Shown here piece by piece: positions 49,366-60,188 of a DNA stretch of 64,000 bases. The notes under the pieces were generated by a model. The model did not search any database and was not told the DNA's origin. It saw only the letters and a program-made list of their open reading frames with translations. Position numbers and translations under genes: made by a program. Source of the stretch: an uncultured Phycisphaerae bacterium (GTDB lineage: Bacteria; Planctomycetota; Phycisphaerae; SM23-33); contig CAVXDC010000008.1 in the NCBI GenBank assembly GCA_963760365.1, positions 15,328-79,327 on the forward strand, written 5' to 3'. Positions within the stretch are counted from its first letter, which is position 1, and every line of letters starts with the position of its first letter.

Positions 49366-51570
49366 CTACTTGGCCGCCGGGGCGGGAAGCTGCTGCTCTT
49401 TGGGGCGATACTCGTAGAAGGCCTCGTAGCTCTTCTTGAGGTACCCGCCCGGCGTGGCCATGACGCCGTTGAGCACCATGCCCAGGACGTGGGCCCCGAC
49501 CCGCAGGAGCATGTCGCGCGTGCGATGGACGATGCCGTGGGTGTTGACCCCGGCCCGGACGACCATGACCACCCCGTCGACCATCGTGCTCAGGCCGATG
49601 GCGTCGGTAACAACCAGGCAGGGGGCGGTGTCCAGCAGGACCTGGTCGTACTCCCCGGCCATCTCGGCAATCAGGGCCCGCATCTGGTCGCTGGACAGCA
49701 GCTCCGCGGGGTTGGGCGGCAGCGGACCGGCCGGCAGGACAAAGAAGTTGCTTTCCATCTCGGCGACCATGTCGCGCCAGTGGGCCTGACCGACCAAGGC
49801 GCTGCTGAGCCCTCCCGGGTCGGCGTGGGCGAACAACTGGCCGATCGTCGGCTGGCGGAAATTGGTGTTGACCAACAGCACCCGGCGTCCCGTCCTGGCG
49901 GCCGCGGCAGCCAGGTTCATGGCGACGGTCGTCCGCCCGTCCAGCGGGCTGGCACTGACGATCAGGACCGTGCGGTGCTGGTTGGCCGGACCGCTGAACA
50001 GCAGGCAGGTGTGAATCTGCCGGAAGGCCTCGCCGAACAAAGACCCCGGGTGGGTTTGGAAGGCCAGGCGAAGATCGTCGATCTCATCGTCCATGTCCTC
50101 CGCGTGGGGCACCATGCCCAACAGGGGCAAGTCCATGCGGCGGGAGACGTCCGAGGGACTCTTGATGGAGGTGTCCATGAGTTCCAGCAGAAAGGCCAGA
50201 CCTACGCCGACTAACAGACCCAGGAAGATGCCCGAGGCGATGATGACCTTCAGCTTCGGGAAGGCCATCTCTTTGGGGATGGTCGCCGAGGCGGCAATCC
50301 AGACCGCCCGCTCTCCGCCCCTGGACAGCAAACTGAGGTCCAGCAGGCGGCGGTCGATCTGCTTGATATTCTCGGTCAGCGCATCCTCCTTGCCGGCCAA
50401 GGCCTGCACGGTCGTCAGGTTGGCCTGGAGGTCGCGCAGGGTGCTGAGGGCCTCGTTGTATTTCCCGCGGACATCCATCACCTGGTTGGTGATGTTCTCC
50501 AGGCCGGCCATGGCCCCGCTCTTGAGGCCCAGGACGGCCGTGCGGATCAGTTCGTTCTTCTTGGTTTCCAGTTCCTTGCCGACGATCTCGATGGAGGCGT
50601 CGACGTCCATCACCTGCTTGTGCTGGGGGCCGAACTTTTCCGCCAAGCGGTTCTTTTGCGTCGTCAGTTGGGAGACGGTGAACTCCAACTGGCGGATGTT
50701 GCCGTCCATTTCCAGCGCCCGTTGCACGTCGCGGGTGGTGGAGAGGGTTCCGGCCCTTTCCTGGGCCTCGATGACGGCCAGGTCGGCCCGGGCCTGGGCC
50801 TGGAGCAGTTCCAGGTTCATCAGTTGGCGAGTCAGGTCCTGGAGCCGGATGTCTTGAATGTTGTAATGGCTCTGAAGGGTGGGAAATTCGCGTTTGGCGA
50901 CGGCGGACTGGGTGCGCGTATCGTTCAGCTCGGCCTCCATCCTGCGCTTTTCCGCCTCCAGGCGGGTGGCGTCCTGGCTGTGGCCGCTCTGCATGTTCTG
51001 GATGTTGTACTCCACATAGGCATCGGCCACCGCGTTGACGATCTCGGGCAGGTCGTTTTTGTCCGGTCCGGTCATCGCCAGACGGATGAAATTGGTCTCC
51101 GGCACGGGACCGACGCTCATTTCCTGGGCCAGATCCGCCACGGGATCCTTCTGCCGTCCGAACCAAGCCGTGCGCCTCACGGCGGGGGTGTTGACGGCCC
51201 CTTGGAGCACCGGGTTGATCAGCACCAGCTTGGCGTGGGAACTCTTCTCGCGGTCCATCACGTCCTTGGGCACCTGCTGGGGGGCGGCCGCCAGGGCCAC
51301 GGCCTTGGGGATCTCCACGCCCAACAGGGCCCAGGCGGTGTAGCGAGGCCAAAACATCTGCCACACCTGTGACACCGACACCACGACGACCAGGCCAATG
51401 ACGGTCGAGATGAGAATCATCCACTTCCGCTTGCGGAGGATCTTCAGGATATCGGCGGGCGTCAGCCCTATCCCGGTCGGTGGACCCATGGGCATCGGCA
51501 TCGGCCTGCCCATCGGTCCCCCGCCCGGAGCAATCTGAGGCATCCGGTCTCGCGTGGATATGACACTCAT
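49366..51570 (-). CDS. Polysaccharide co-polymerase / tyrosine autokinase (Wzc/GumC family)
   Basis: Two TMs flanking a coiled coil, EAFRQI, SASPLDGRTT, PPNPAELL, LLDTAP, Tyr-rich tail GGYLKKSYEAFYEY. Confidence 0.93.
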   Translation of the reverse strand: MSVISTRDRMPQIAPGGGPMGRPMPMPMGPPTGIGLTPADILKILRKRKWMILISTVIGLVVVVSVSQVWQMFWPRYTAWALLGVEIPKAVALAAAPQQVPKDVMDREKSSHAKLVLINPVLQGAVNTPAVRRTAWFGRQKDPVADLAQEMSVGPVPETNFIRLAMTGPDKNDLPEIVNAVADAYVEYNIQNMQSGHSQDATRLEAEKRRMEAELNDTRTQSAVAKREFPTLQSHYNIQDIRLQDLTRQLMNLELLQAQARADLAVIEAQERAGTLSTTRDVQRALEMDGNIRQLEFTVSQLTTQKNRLAEKFGPQHKQVMDVDASIEIVGKELETKKNELIRTAVLGLKSGAMAGLENITNQVMDVRGKYNEALSTLRDLQANLTTVQALAGKEDALTENIKQIDRRLLDLSLLSRGGERAVWIAASATIPKEMAFPKLKVIIASGIFLGLLVGVGLAFLLELMDTSIKSPSDVSRRMDLPLLGMVPHAEDMDDEIDDLRLAFQTHPGSLFGEAFRQIHTCLLFSGPANQHRTVLIVSASPLDGRTTVAMNLAAAAARTGRRVLLVNTNFRQPTIGQLFAHADPGGLSSALVGQAHWRDMVAEMESNFFVLPAGPLPPNPAELLSSDQMRALIAEMAGEYDQVLLDTAPCLVVTDAIGLSTMVDGVVMVVRAGVNTHGIVHRTRDMLLRVGAHVLGMVLNGVMATPGGYLKKSYEAFYEYRPKEQQLPAPAAK

Positions 51571-51585
51571 AGGCCTATGTCCATT

Positions 51586-54500
51586 TTACGGCGCATTGGA
51601 AGGCTTTTGCTCAACGCGTTGCAGGGCCTCGGTCACGGCCTTCTGGAGAGGATCGTTGGGGTCGGTCAGGTTCTCGCGCACCTGCCGGTAGTGCCTGGCG
51701 GCATCTTCCGGACGTTTGGTCTGCTCACAGACCCACCCCAGATGGTAGCGGGCCACGGCGGCGGAGGACGGGGCGGCGCTCAATTGCACAGCACGGGTCA
51801 GTTGCTTCTCGGCCTCGGCGTAGGCTCCGGTCTTGGCCAAGGCCCAGCCGTACGTGTCCAGGACATCGCCGTTGTTGGGGGCTTTTTGGGCCGCCTTGGC
51901 TGCGATCGGAACCGCCCTGTCGGGCTGGTCCATGTCGTTGATGTACATAAAGGCCAGGTTGTTCATGGTGATGGGGTTGTCGCCCCCTGCCTGGAGGGAG
52001 GCCAGGTAGGCTTTTTCAGCCTCGGGGAACTTGCGCATTTGATAGTAGGCCAATCCCAGATCACGTTCCACCGCGGCTTTGTCGGACGGCCTGGTCGACA
52101 GGGTGCTGGCCTTGGTGAGGTTCTCGACGACCTTGGGAAGGTCCCGCATCTCGCCGTAAATCCCGCTGAGCAGGATGTAATACAGGGGGTCTTCCTGGCG
52201 CGTCTTGCCCCACTCCATCATCTTGGACAGGGTGACTTTCTGCCCGTAGGCCTGTTTGATCTGCTCCACCACCATGACCAGTTCCGAGGACGATGCGGTC
52301 CGGATCGCCTCAAGGAACAAGGGGTCGGCCTGTTCGGGCCGATTCAGCTTGACCAGCGCCCGCGCGGACAGACATCTCCGGCATCCCGCAGCTCGGCTTG
52401 TCCTTATAGCTATCGGTCACGGCCAAGACTTTGTTGTAATCTCCGGCCTCCACTAACGTCAGGAGGTATTCCCTCAGAACCTCGCGGGACTCCGGGGCCA
52501 GCTTCAAGGCCGCTTCCAGGGAGGCGATGGCCTTGGCGGAGTTGCCGTTGAAGTGATACATGCGACCCTCAATGAGCAGGAAGTACGGGTCGGTGGGAAA
52601 CTTGGTTTTCGCTTCGGCCAGAAGCTCGGCGACTTTCGTCCAGCGTTGCTGCCGCTCGTAGATCCGCACCATTTCCCTCATGGCGGGGGCATAGTCGGCG
52701 GTCTCGGGTCGGTTGAGCACCTCGCGGAGGACCATCACAGCCATCTCGGTGTCGCCCAACTGCGTGTGCAGTTTTTCCAAGGCCATCGCAAGCTCAGGAT
52801 CATTGGAAATATCCTTGGCCTTAATCATCGCCATCTTGGCCTCGCTGGTCCTGCCCAGGGTGAGGAGGGCGTGGGCCTGGCCCAGGAGAGCCCCGACGTG
52901 ATTGGGGGCGATCTGGACCGCCCGTTCGAAGAGCTCTAAGCCCTGGTCTACTTTCCCCTGTTTGATGGCCAGGTTGCCCTTCATGGTCAGCAGGTCGGGA
53001 TCGGAAGGACTGGCCGCCAGCAGGGTGTTGAGCTGCTGCTCCGCCTGGGGCAATTGATCGGCTTCCAGGCGGCAGCGGATGAGTTCTTTCGCGGCCGAGG
53101 CGTTGTCCGGCTGAAGCTCCAGGTACTTGGCCAGGGCGTCGGCGGCACCGGCCCAGTCTTCGCGGCGAGACAGCAGCGAGGCCAGCGCCCGATATCCGCG
53201 AGGATCCTGGGGGGCGATTTCGATGGCCTTGGCCACAGCGGCCCGCGCCTGGTTCGGATTGACCTCCACCAGGTAATCGGCATACACCAGATACGCAACG
53301 ACTTTGTCCGGCGAGCTTTGAAGCAGCTCATTCATGACCTTCTCTGCCTCATCGAGCCGGTGGTTGCGGGAAAGGAAACCGGCCAGGACGCGCCCGGCGG
53401 CCAGTTTGTCCGAACTATCGGCATACAGGCCGCGGTACACCTCCTCGGCCTTGGCTTCCTGATGCGTCTTCTCATACAGCCTGCCTAGCTGGTAACGGTT
53501 GTACATGTCTGAGGGATTCTGCTTCTGTAATCGCTCCCGCTGGGTGATGAGCTCCTCGCTGCTGGCCTTGCCCTCCAGAATCATCAGATACCTCTGCTGG
53601 ACATAGGGGTTGTTGGGGGCCAGCCGATAGGCCCGCTCAATCCACCCGGCGTGCTCCGCCGTTTTACCCTCACGCTCGGTGACCATGGCCATGGCCACCA
53701 GGGCCGGAATGTAGCCTGGATCAACCTTGACCAACGTCAGGAAGGTCTTCTCGGCCTTCTCGAAATCGCCAATTTGGTTGTAGCAATCCCCCAGCATGAG
53801 CCAGGGCAGCTTGGCATCGGGTTCTTTCGTGACCACTTGGGTGAGATCATCGATGGCCTTGAAGAATTCTCCCTTGGCTATCGCCAAGCGCGAGGCGAAG
53901 ATTTTTCCCTCGAACCGGTCCAGGTTTGACTTCGTCGCTGCCTGGAGGCATTCCTCGGCCAGATTCCAGTCTTGCCGGAGGATGGCGTAGTTCATCAGAC
54001 GGTCGACGACGACGGGATTGTCGGGCTTGAGCTGGTAGGCTTCCCGAAGATAGTTGCCCTGGCCTTCGACGTCCCCATACCGGGCGCAAAACGCGGCCTT
54101 TTCTACCGCCCGGCGCACCGGGTCGGGGATCTGATCGGCCAACTGCATGGCCAACTGCTGGCGCTTGTCGCGATCCTTCTCCTCAATAAACTTTTCCTGA
54201 AGCTCCAGCGTGGGCGTTCTCTCGGGATGGGCGGTCTTGATCTCGGCCAGGATGGTCTTGGCCTTGGGCAGATCCTCCACGCCGACATAACAGACCAGCA
54301 GGTTCTGCCGGATCGCTTCGTTGTCGGGAAACTTGGCGTGCAGACGTTCCAGAATCCCGATGGACTCGGCGCGTTCGTCGTTGAACCACAGGGACTGGCG
54401 CGATCAATCAACGCCGCCAGGACTCCGGGGGGGATTTCCTTGGCCGCCAGGACGTCTTCGACCGGCACCTCGCCCTGCATCACCACCACCAACTGGCGAA

Positions 54501-56049
54501 GGTTCCTGGCCTCCGGATCGTTGGGATCGGCTCGAAGGACTTGGTCCAGGAGCGCCTGGGCCTCGGTGAAGTTACGGTACTGCATCTCCAGTTGCGCCTT
54601 GGCCAACAAAATCCGCCGATCGTTGGCAAAGGCAGGATAGTGCCGCATGACATCCAGGATCTGCTCGGCTTTGCCGGGCAGATTCTTTCGGACGTAGATC
54701 TTGATCAGGGCGTCGGCTATCGGGGGATCGGGACCCAAGATTTCATAGGCATGCTCCAGCAGCGGTTGGGCCTTAGCGAGGTCACCCTCCATGAAGGCCA
54801 GTCGGCCCGCGAGCTTCTCGCGCTGGCCTGCGATGTTCACGTCCGCCTCCATCTGGTTCAGAACCTCCTTGACCTGTCCGAGGAGACGGGTTTTCTCCGG
54901 GTCTTCGGCGCGGCGGGCCTCGTCCAGCAAGGTGTCGCCCAGCAGGGCCAGCAACTGGACTCGGTTGGTCGTCAGAAGCGATCGCATCGGGGAGGAGACG
55001 GGAGAGGTCGTCGAGGTTTCCGCCAACCTCTTGTCAATGATCGCCAACCCGTCCCGCAAGGCCGATAGAGATTTGTCGATCTGCTTCTGCGAACGATAGG
55101 CAACGGACAACATATTGTAGATGCGATAATCGCTGTCGTCGATCTGCTTGGCCTTCTCCAAGGCGGCCAGAGCTCCGTCGATCTTGCCCTCCCTCACCAA
55201 CCGATCCGCCAACGCCAGGTTGCCGATGGGGTTGTTGGGGTCGCGGACGATGGCCTCCTGGATTTGCGCCTTGGCTTCCTCGATCCGGTCCTTACCCGCC
55301 AGGAGCGTGGCGTACTGAACGCGCAGGTTGCCGTCATTGGGAAGCGTGCGGATGGCGTCTTCGTAGGCGGCGACGGCTTCGTCCAGGCGTCCCTCCTGTT
55401 GCAGAAAGCGCGTGTACTCCTGGCGATAGCCGGTCTCATCGCTCTTGAGTTCGATCGCCCGCCGAAAGTCGCGGATGGCGTTCTCGCTGTTGATCCCGGG
55501 CACTCCCCGGGCCAGGGCGGCCCAGGCCAGCGCCCTCAGGAACGTGGTTTTATGGTCATTGGGGTCCAGCTTCAGCAGGGCGTCGGCCTCCTTGATGAAG
55601 ATCAGCCACTCTCCCCGTTGGGCGGTGCCCCACATCAGGTCGGTGAGCAGGCGCTGGGCCTCCAGATGCGTGTTGTCCTGAACGAGGGCCTGATTCAAGG
55701 CCGACCGGGCCTGGGTGTAATGCATGGCCCGCTGCGAATCGGTGAGCTCGTCGTGGCGCTTGGTCAGCCAATCCAGTTGCAGTTTGGCAAACTGAAAATA
55801 ATAGTCCGCCTTGGCGGTGGGGTTGGGGGCGGCACTGATGGCCCGCAGCATCTGCCGTTCGGCGACCGGGTAATCGCCTTTCTCCTGGGCGACCTCGGCC
55901 CGGCGGGCGGCCTCGACGGGATCGATCCGGATAATCTTGCGGTGCCAGCCTCGTTTGTATCCGGCGTAGCCGCCCAAGATCCCTAACACCACGACGGCCA
56001 CCAACAGGATGAGAATCAGACGCAGGTTCAGCTTCTTCCGCTTGGCCAT
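51586..56049 (-). CDS. Large membrane-anchored TPR protein (PrsT-like), split by frameshifts near 54395 and 52365
   Basis: N-terminal TM after MAKRKK, continuous TPR repeats across three ORFs, C-terminal NNLA..DTYGW typical of exosortase-system TPR proteins. Confidence 0.85.
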
Positions 56050-56077
56050 GAATCCATACTCCCTCTCTAAGGAGCCT

Positions 56078-57007
56078 TCAAAATGTTGACGGGGACGAAG
56101 CGTCCAGTTTACCAACATCCGACGGCAAAGGCCACAGGGCCACCACCGCCGGCAGGAACATATTAACGAATTCCACCGTCGCCCGGTCCGCCTGGGCAAG
56201 ATCGGTGATCGGACCGGTCGGGGCCAGTTGGACCTTCGCAAAATAACAGTAGCGCACCCACGGCTTGGTCAGCTCCAGGCGCACCTTTTCCCACGACCCT
56301 TCCGGCCGACCGTTGAGGCTAAAGACGTAATACTGGACGTACCGCTTGACGTCCAGCCCGAGGCGGTCGGTCATCTCATAGCCGACGCGGTTGAAGGTCA
56401 GGCGATCCCACGGGGGGCTGACTCCGCGCAGGGTGACCGCCAGGCGCTCCGCGGCGGTGGGAATCATCGTCGCCCCCCCGGCCACCAGACAGCGGTCCGG
56501 CACGTGCGGGACTTTGTCCAGCCCGCCGGTGTAGTAGTACACCTCCAGCCGCCAGTAGCGGAAGGGATCAACCGGCGACGTCACGCGCGTGTCGCGATAG
56601 ACGCGGGTCAGGTACCAGTTGCTGCGTCGGGAGCTCAAGCGCCGCTGGTCCAAGACGGTGTTGATCTTCAGCGCCTCCAGCACGTCGTCCTGGAGGATGA
56701 GGTCTCCGTCGGCCCGGCCATCGGTGGTTTTATCAAACTCTCCGTCGCCGACCAGGACGTAGGGTCCCAACCGCTGGGGAAAAGAAAAGACCCGGCACTT
56801 GCCGTTGACCTGGACGGCCGAGGTCCAGGGGACCGCCTCCTTGCGCGTCGCCCAGCGGAGTTGGGCGATCGCCCAGTCCCAGCCGATCCACACCGCCGCC
56901 AGGATCACGGCCGCCAGGAGGAAATGGCGCTCGCCCCACACCCAGCTCCGCCGGGAGCTCCCGCGGCCAGTTTCCGTTGGCTTGTCCGATTTGTCCAAAA
57001 GGTTCAC
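56078..57007 (-). CDS. Exosortase-associated EpsI-like protein
   Basis: GTG overlapping the exosortase stop; TM, FP..LG, L.R.Y.D, YYTG..VPHVPDRCLVAGG, YF.KVQ. Confidence 0.8.
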   Translation of the reverse strand: MNLLDKSDKPTETGRGSSRRSWVWGERHFLLAAVILAAVWIGWDWAIAQLRWATRKEAVPWTSAVQVNGKCRVFSFPQRLGPYVLVGDGEFDKTTDGRADGDLILQDDVLEALKINTVLDQRRLSSRRSNWYLTRVYRDTRVTSPVDPFRYWRLEVYYYTGGLDKVPHVPDRCLVAGGATMIPTAAERLAVTLRGVSPPWDRLTFNRVGYEMTDRLGLDVKRYVQYYVFSLNGRPEGSWEKVRLELTKPWVRYCYFAKVQLAPTGPITDLAQADRATVEFVNMFLPAVVALWPLPSDVGKLDASSPSTF

Positions 57008-57999
57008 GACGCCGTCGTCTCCCCGCCGGCGGCCTGGGGGGGCGTTCCCTCCTCCACCTCCACCACCAGGCGGTGCAGCAGCCAGCTCAAGAGCCAAAAT
57101 AATCCCAAGGCCGGGACCAGCATGACCATCCCTGCCACTTCGTGCATAAAATCCTGTCCCAGTTCCGGACGATCGATCACGTACATCACGCAGGTGATGG
57201 CCACGCGGGCCACATTCAACACGATCGCGATCGGCACCGCCGCGAGCACCAGCACCCCCCGCTGCCAGATCGGCCGATATTCCAAATACGCCCAGGCGAC
57301 GCCCAGGGCCACGTAGGCGATCAGCGAACGGATCCCGCTGCACGCCTCCGCCACCGTCAGCCCGTGCTCCACGCCGCTGCGGCTGAGGACGCTCAGCCGG
57401 CTGGCCGTCACACTGATTTCTACGCCGAAAAGCTGAAGAAGGGTCGTCGCTCCCTGGGCGGCAAAGTTCTGCAACGGCAGGGCAATCCGGACATAGAGCA
57501 TTTCCGGAATCGGCATGGCCAGCATCAGGTACACAATCGGCAGCCAGGCCACGCGGAAGACCTGCGGCCCGACCAGGTAGAGCACCAACCCCAGCAGCAC
57601 GATAGGCATGCTGAGCTGACTGATCCAATACGTGCCGATGGGGTAAAACCCCGCGACCGTCAGGGCGATCCCCCCCATCAGGACCGGCAGGCCCCAAAGA
57701 CACGTCCTTCGCGGGGCTGAAAGCAGCTCCGTCCGGCGGGCGTACAACAGGTAAAGGCTGAATAGCGGAATCAGAAACCCGTGCGACCAGTTGGGATCCA
57801 CGATCCAGGAATCCACCAGCGGGGTGAACTGCCAGCGGTTCAGGAGGGCAAACAGCACCCCCAGGACCCCGATCTTCACCAGCGCCCACCGCGACAGACC
57901 CGGAATCTTTTCCGGCGGCTCGACGGCCACGACCATGTCCGCCAGCGAACGCAACGGCGTCTTGGGGCCAAGGTCGGGTTGACCAGGAGTCTGTGTCAT
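57004..57999 (-). CDS. Exosortase (EpsH/Xrt family)
   Basis: W..DPNWSHGFLIP, LAMPIP, VAEACSGIRSL (Cys), NVARV (Arg), MHEVAG (His). Confidence 0.96.
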   Translation of the reverse strand: MTQTPGQPDLGPKTPLRSLADMVVAVEPPEKIPGLSRWALVKIGVLGVLFALLNRWQFTPLVDSWIVDPNWSHGFLIPLFSLYLLYARRTELLSAPRRTCLWGLPVLMGGIALTVAGFYPIGTYWISQLSMPIVLLGLVLYLVGPQVFRVAWLPIVYLMLAMPIPEMLYVRIALPLQNFAAQGATTLLQLFGVEISVTASRLSVLSRSGVEHGLTVAEACSGIRSLIAYVALGVAWAYLEYRPIWQRGVLVLAAVPIAIVLNVARVAITCVMYVIDRPELGQDFMHEVAGMVMLVPALGLFWLLSWLLHRLVVEVEEGTPPQAAGGETTAS

Positions 58000-58021
58000 C
58001 GGGCCACAACCATGGACGCGG

Positions 58022-59849
58022 TCACCAGCGGGTGAACCGGTTGCTCTTGGGTGTGACGAACAGCGGGTCGGCGAAGTTGCGGTCGTAGATGAAGCCGAAC
58101 CCGTACGTCATGCGGAAGGCATTGCGCAGCACCGCAAAGAAGGGAGCCCGCACGTCGGTGCCCACGGCGAGGATGTCGTTGGGCTTCAGAAACAGGTCCG
58201 GCTCCAGGCCCTTGAAGATGGACTCGATGTTGATGGGGATCATCTGTTCCTGGCTGGCGCCGATCCGGCGGATGAGCACGGAGTTCTCCGGCCAGGACAG
58301 CGGGCTGACGTTCCCCGCTGCCGACAGCGCCTGCTTGATGGTGACCGGCGTGCTCGGGAGGGCATATACGCCCGGCCGCATCACCTCCCCGGTCACGTAG
58401 AACTCCCCCACCGGCAGGTAGGGAATGTGGATGATGTCGTTGTCGCGGATCACGATGTTCTGCCGGGGGTCGCCGTCGTTGAGTTTCGGGAGGTTGATGG
58501 CGATGATCCTGGCCATGTCCGACTTGCTGGCCTTGCGCCAACCGAAGGGGTCCTCGCCCTTGAGCGGCTGGGCGATGCCCTCCAGCGGCCTGAGCGGCTG
58601 GGTGGCCGGTGCGGTGGCCGGGCCCGGCCAAGGGGCTTCCACCCCCGGTGGAGTCGGGGCTGGCGCCACAGGCTGAGGCGGAACTTCCTTCGGCGCGGAA
58701 CCCACTGGCCGTTCCGATAGGCCCACCGAACCTGCTCGGAAGCAAGGGAACCGACCGGCGCCCCCGTTCCGCTGACCAGCTCGGTCATGTGGGGCAGCAC
58801 GGAAGGAGAGGGCCTGTTCCCATTGCCCTCCTTGGGCTGAGGTGGGGGGGCGGTTGTTCCAGACGGCACGGACCGGCCCAGTTCGCGCAAAGCCGCCTCG
58901 ATGTCGTTGGACTGCACCGCCTCCGTGGCCCGCTGGATGGCCTGGGACGAAGGCGGCTGGAATGGTGGGGTGAGCCGCGGCTGAATGGGTTGTTCGGCGG
59001 GAGCGGCAGGAGCGCCGGGCGCGGCAGGAGCCATGCGAGACGTTGGGACCGCCGGGGATGGGGCCGAAGAAGGCTTGGGGGCGCTTCCTTTTCTTCCGGC
59101 AGCACCTCCGGCAGCGCCGGGCAGCGCCTCCGGCGTGAGACCGGGCTTGAGGCCCACCTCGGCCTCGGCGAGTTTGCGAATGGCCGGGGCGGGACGGATC
59201 ACGTAGAGGTACTGAATATTGTTCTGCACCACACCCCCCGCGATGGCGACGGCCTCCAGCAACCGCATGTCGCGCCGGCCGATCATGTACTGCGACGGGT
59301 GGGCAATGGCGCCCAGGATGTAATAGGTGCTCTGGCGGCGGGCGGCGATGGAGACCGAGACGGTGGGGTTGCGGATGATGTTGCGGGCTGTAGGCCTGGA
59401 TGATGGCTGGCGGCAAGTTCTTCCTTGGTCAGCCCCTCGGCCTTGATGCGATCCGTCAGCAGCGGCAGGTCGATGAACCCGCTGTCGGACACCTCGCGGC
59501 GCAGCAGCGTCTCCAGACCCTCCTGGAACAAATCCATGATGGAGATGTCCACTACGTCCGTCGGGCCGATGACGTAGTCCTTCTCCACGTATTCCCAGTC
59601 CCCTTCGACGGGGAAGGTCGCGTTGGGCACGAGTTCCTGGGTCTGGTCCACCAGGCTGATGCTGTTGAGGATCGGGTTGATCGGCGTGCGTTCCGGCGGC
59701 TCGACGAGCTGGTCGGGAGACAACAGGCGATGCGGGTCGGTCTTGGTCCAGTTGGCCACCGCGTTGCAACCACCCACCCCTGCCGTGGCTGCCGCCGCAC
59801 CGATCACCACGCCCGCCAAGCGGGAAAACCATTTTCCCATGAGACTCAT
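58022..59849 (-). CDS. Polysaccharide export protein (Wza/SLBB family), frameshifted
   Basis: Lipobox-like VGGC, DYVIGPTDVV, GFIDLPL, IRNPTVSV, FYVTGEVMRPGVY, LKPNDILAVG; long Pro-rich linker. Confidence 0.88.
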
Positions 59850-60188
59850 CCTGCCAGCGGTCCTTTGGCGTCCCATCCTGAAACGCCCCACCGATGCCGA
59901 CACTCAGCCGTACCGCGCTTGCGGGAAGACCACCTTTTGTTATCGGCCATCCGTTGTCCCATCTTGATGGAACATAAGGGGTTCACGCCTTCAAGGCCGT
60001 CCGTGCCGCCCTCCTCCCCTGCCATCCTGGCGGAGTCTGATAACGAATATTACGGGAAAAATAAGGGAAAGGTCGCCGAGGACGAAAAAAACTTCGCGGG
60101 CTTCCCTGCGTCGGGTGGGCTTCCGTCAGGCCCCGAGGCAGCGGTACCTTCTCCCCGTAAACCGGGGGGTTGACGGCCTGGGGGTTCG

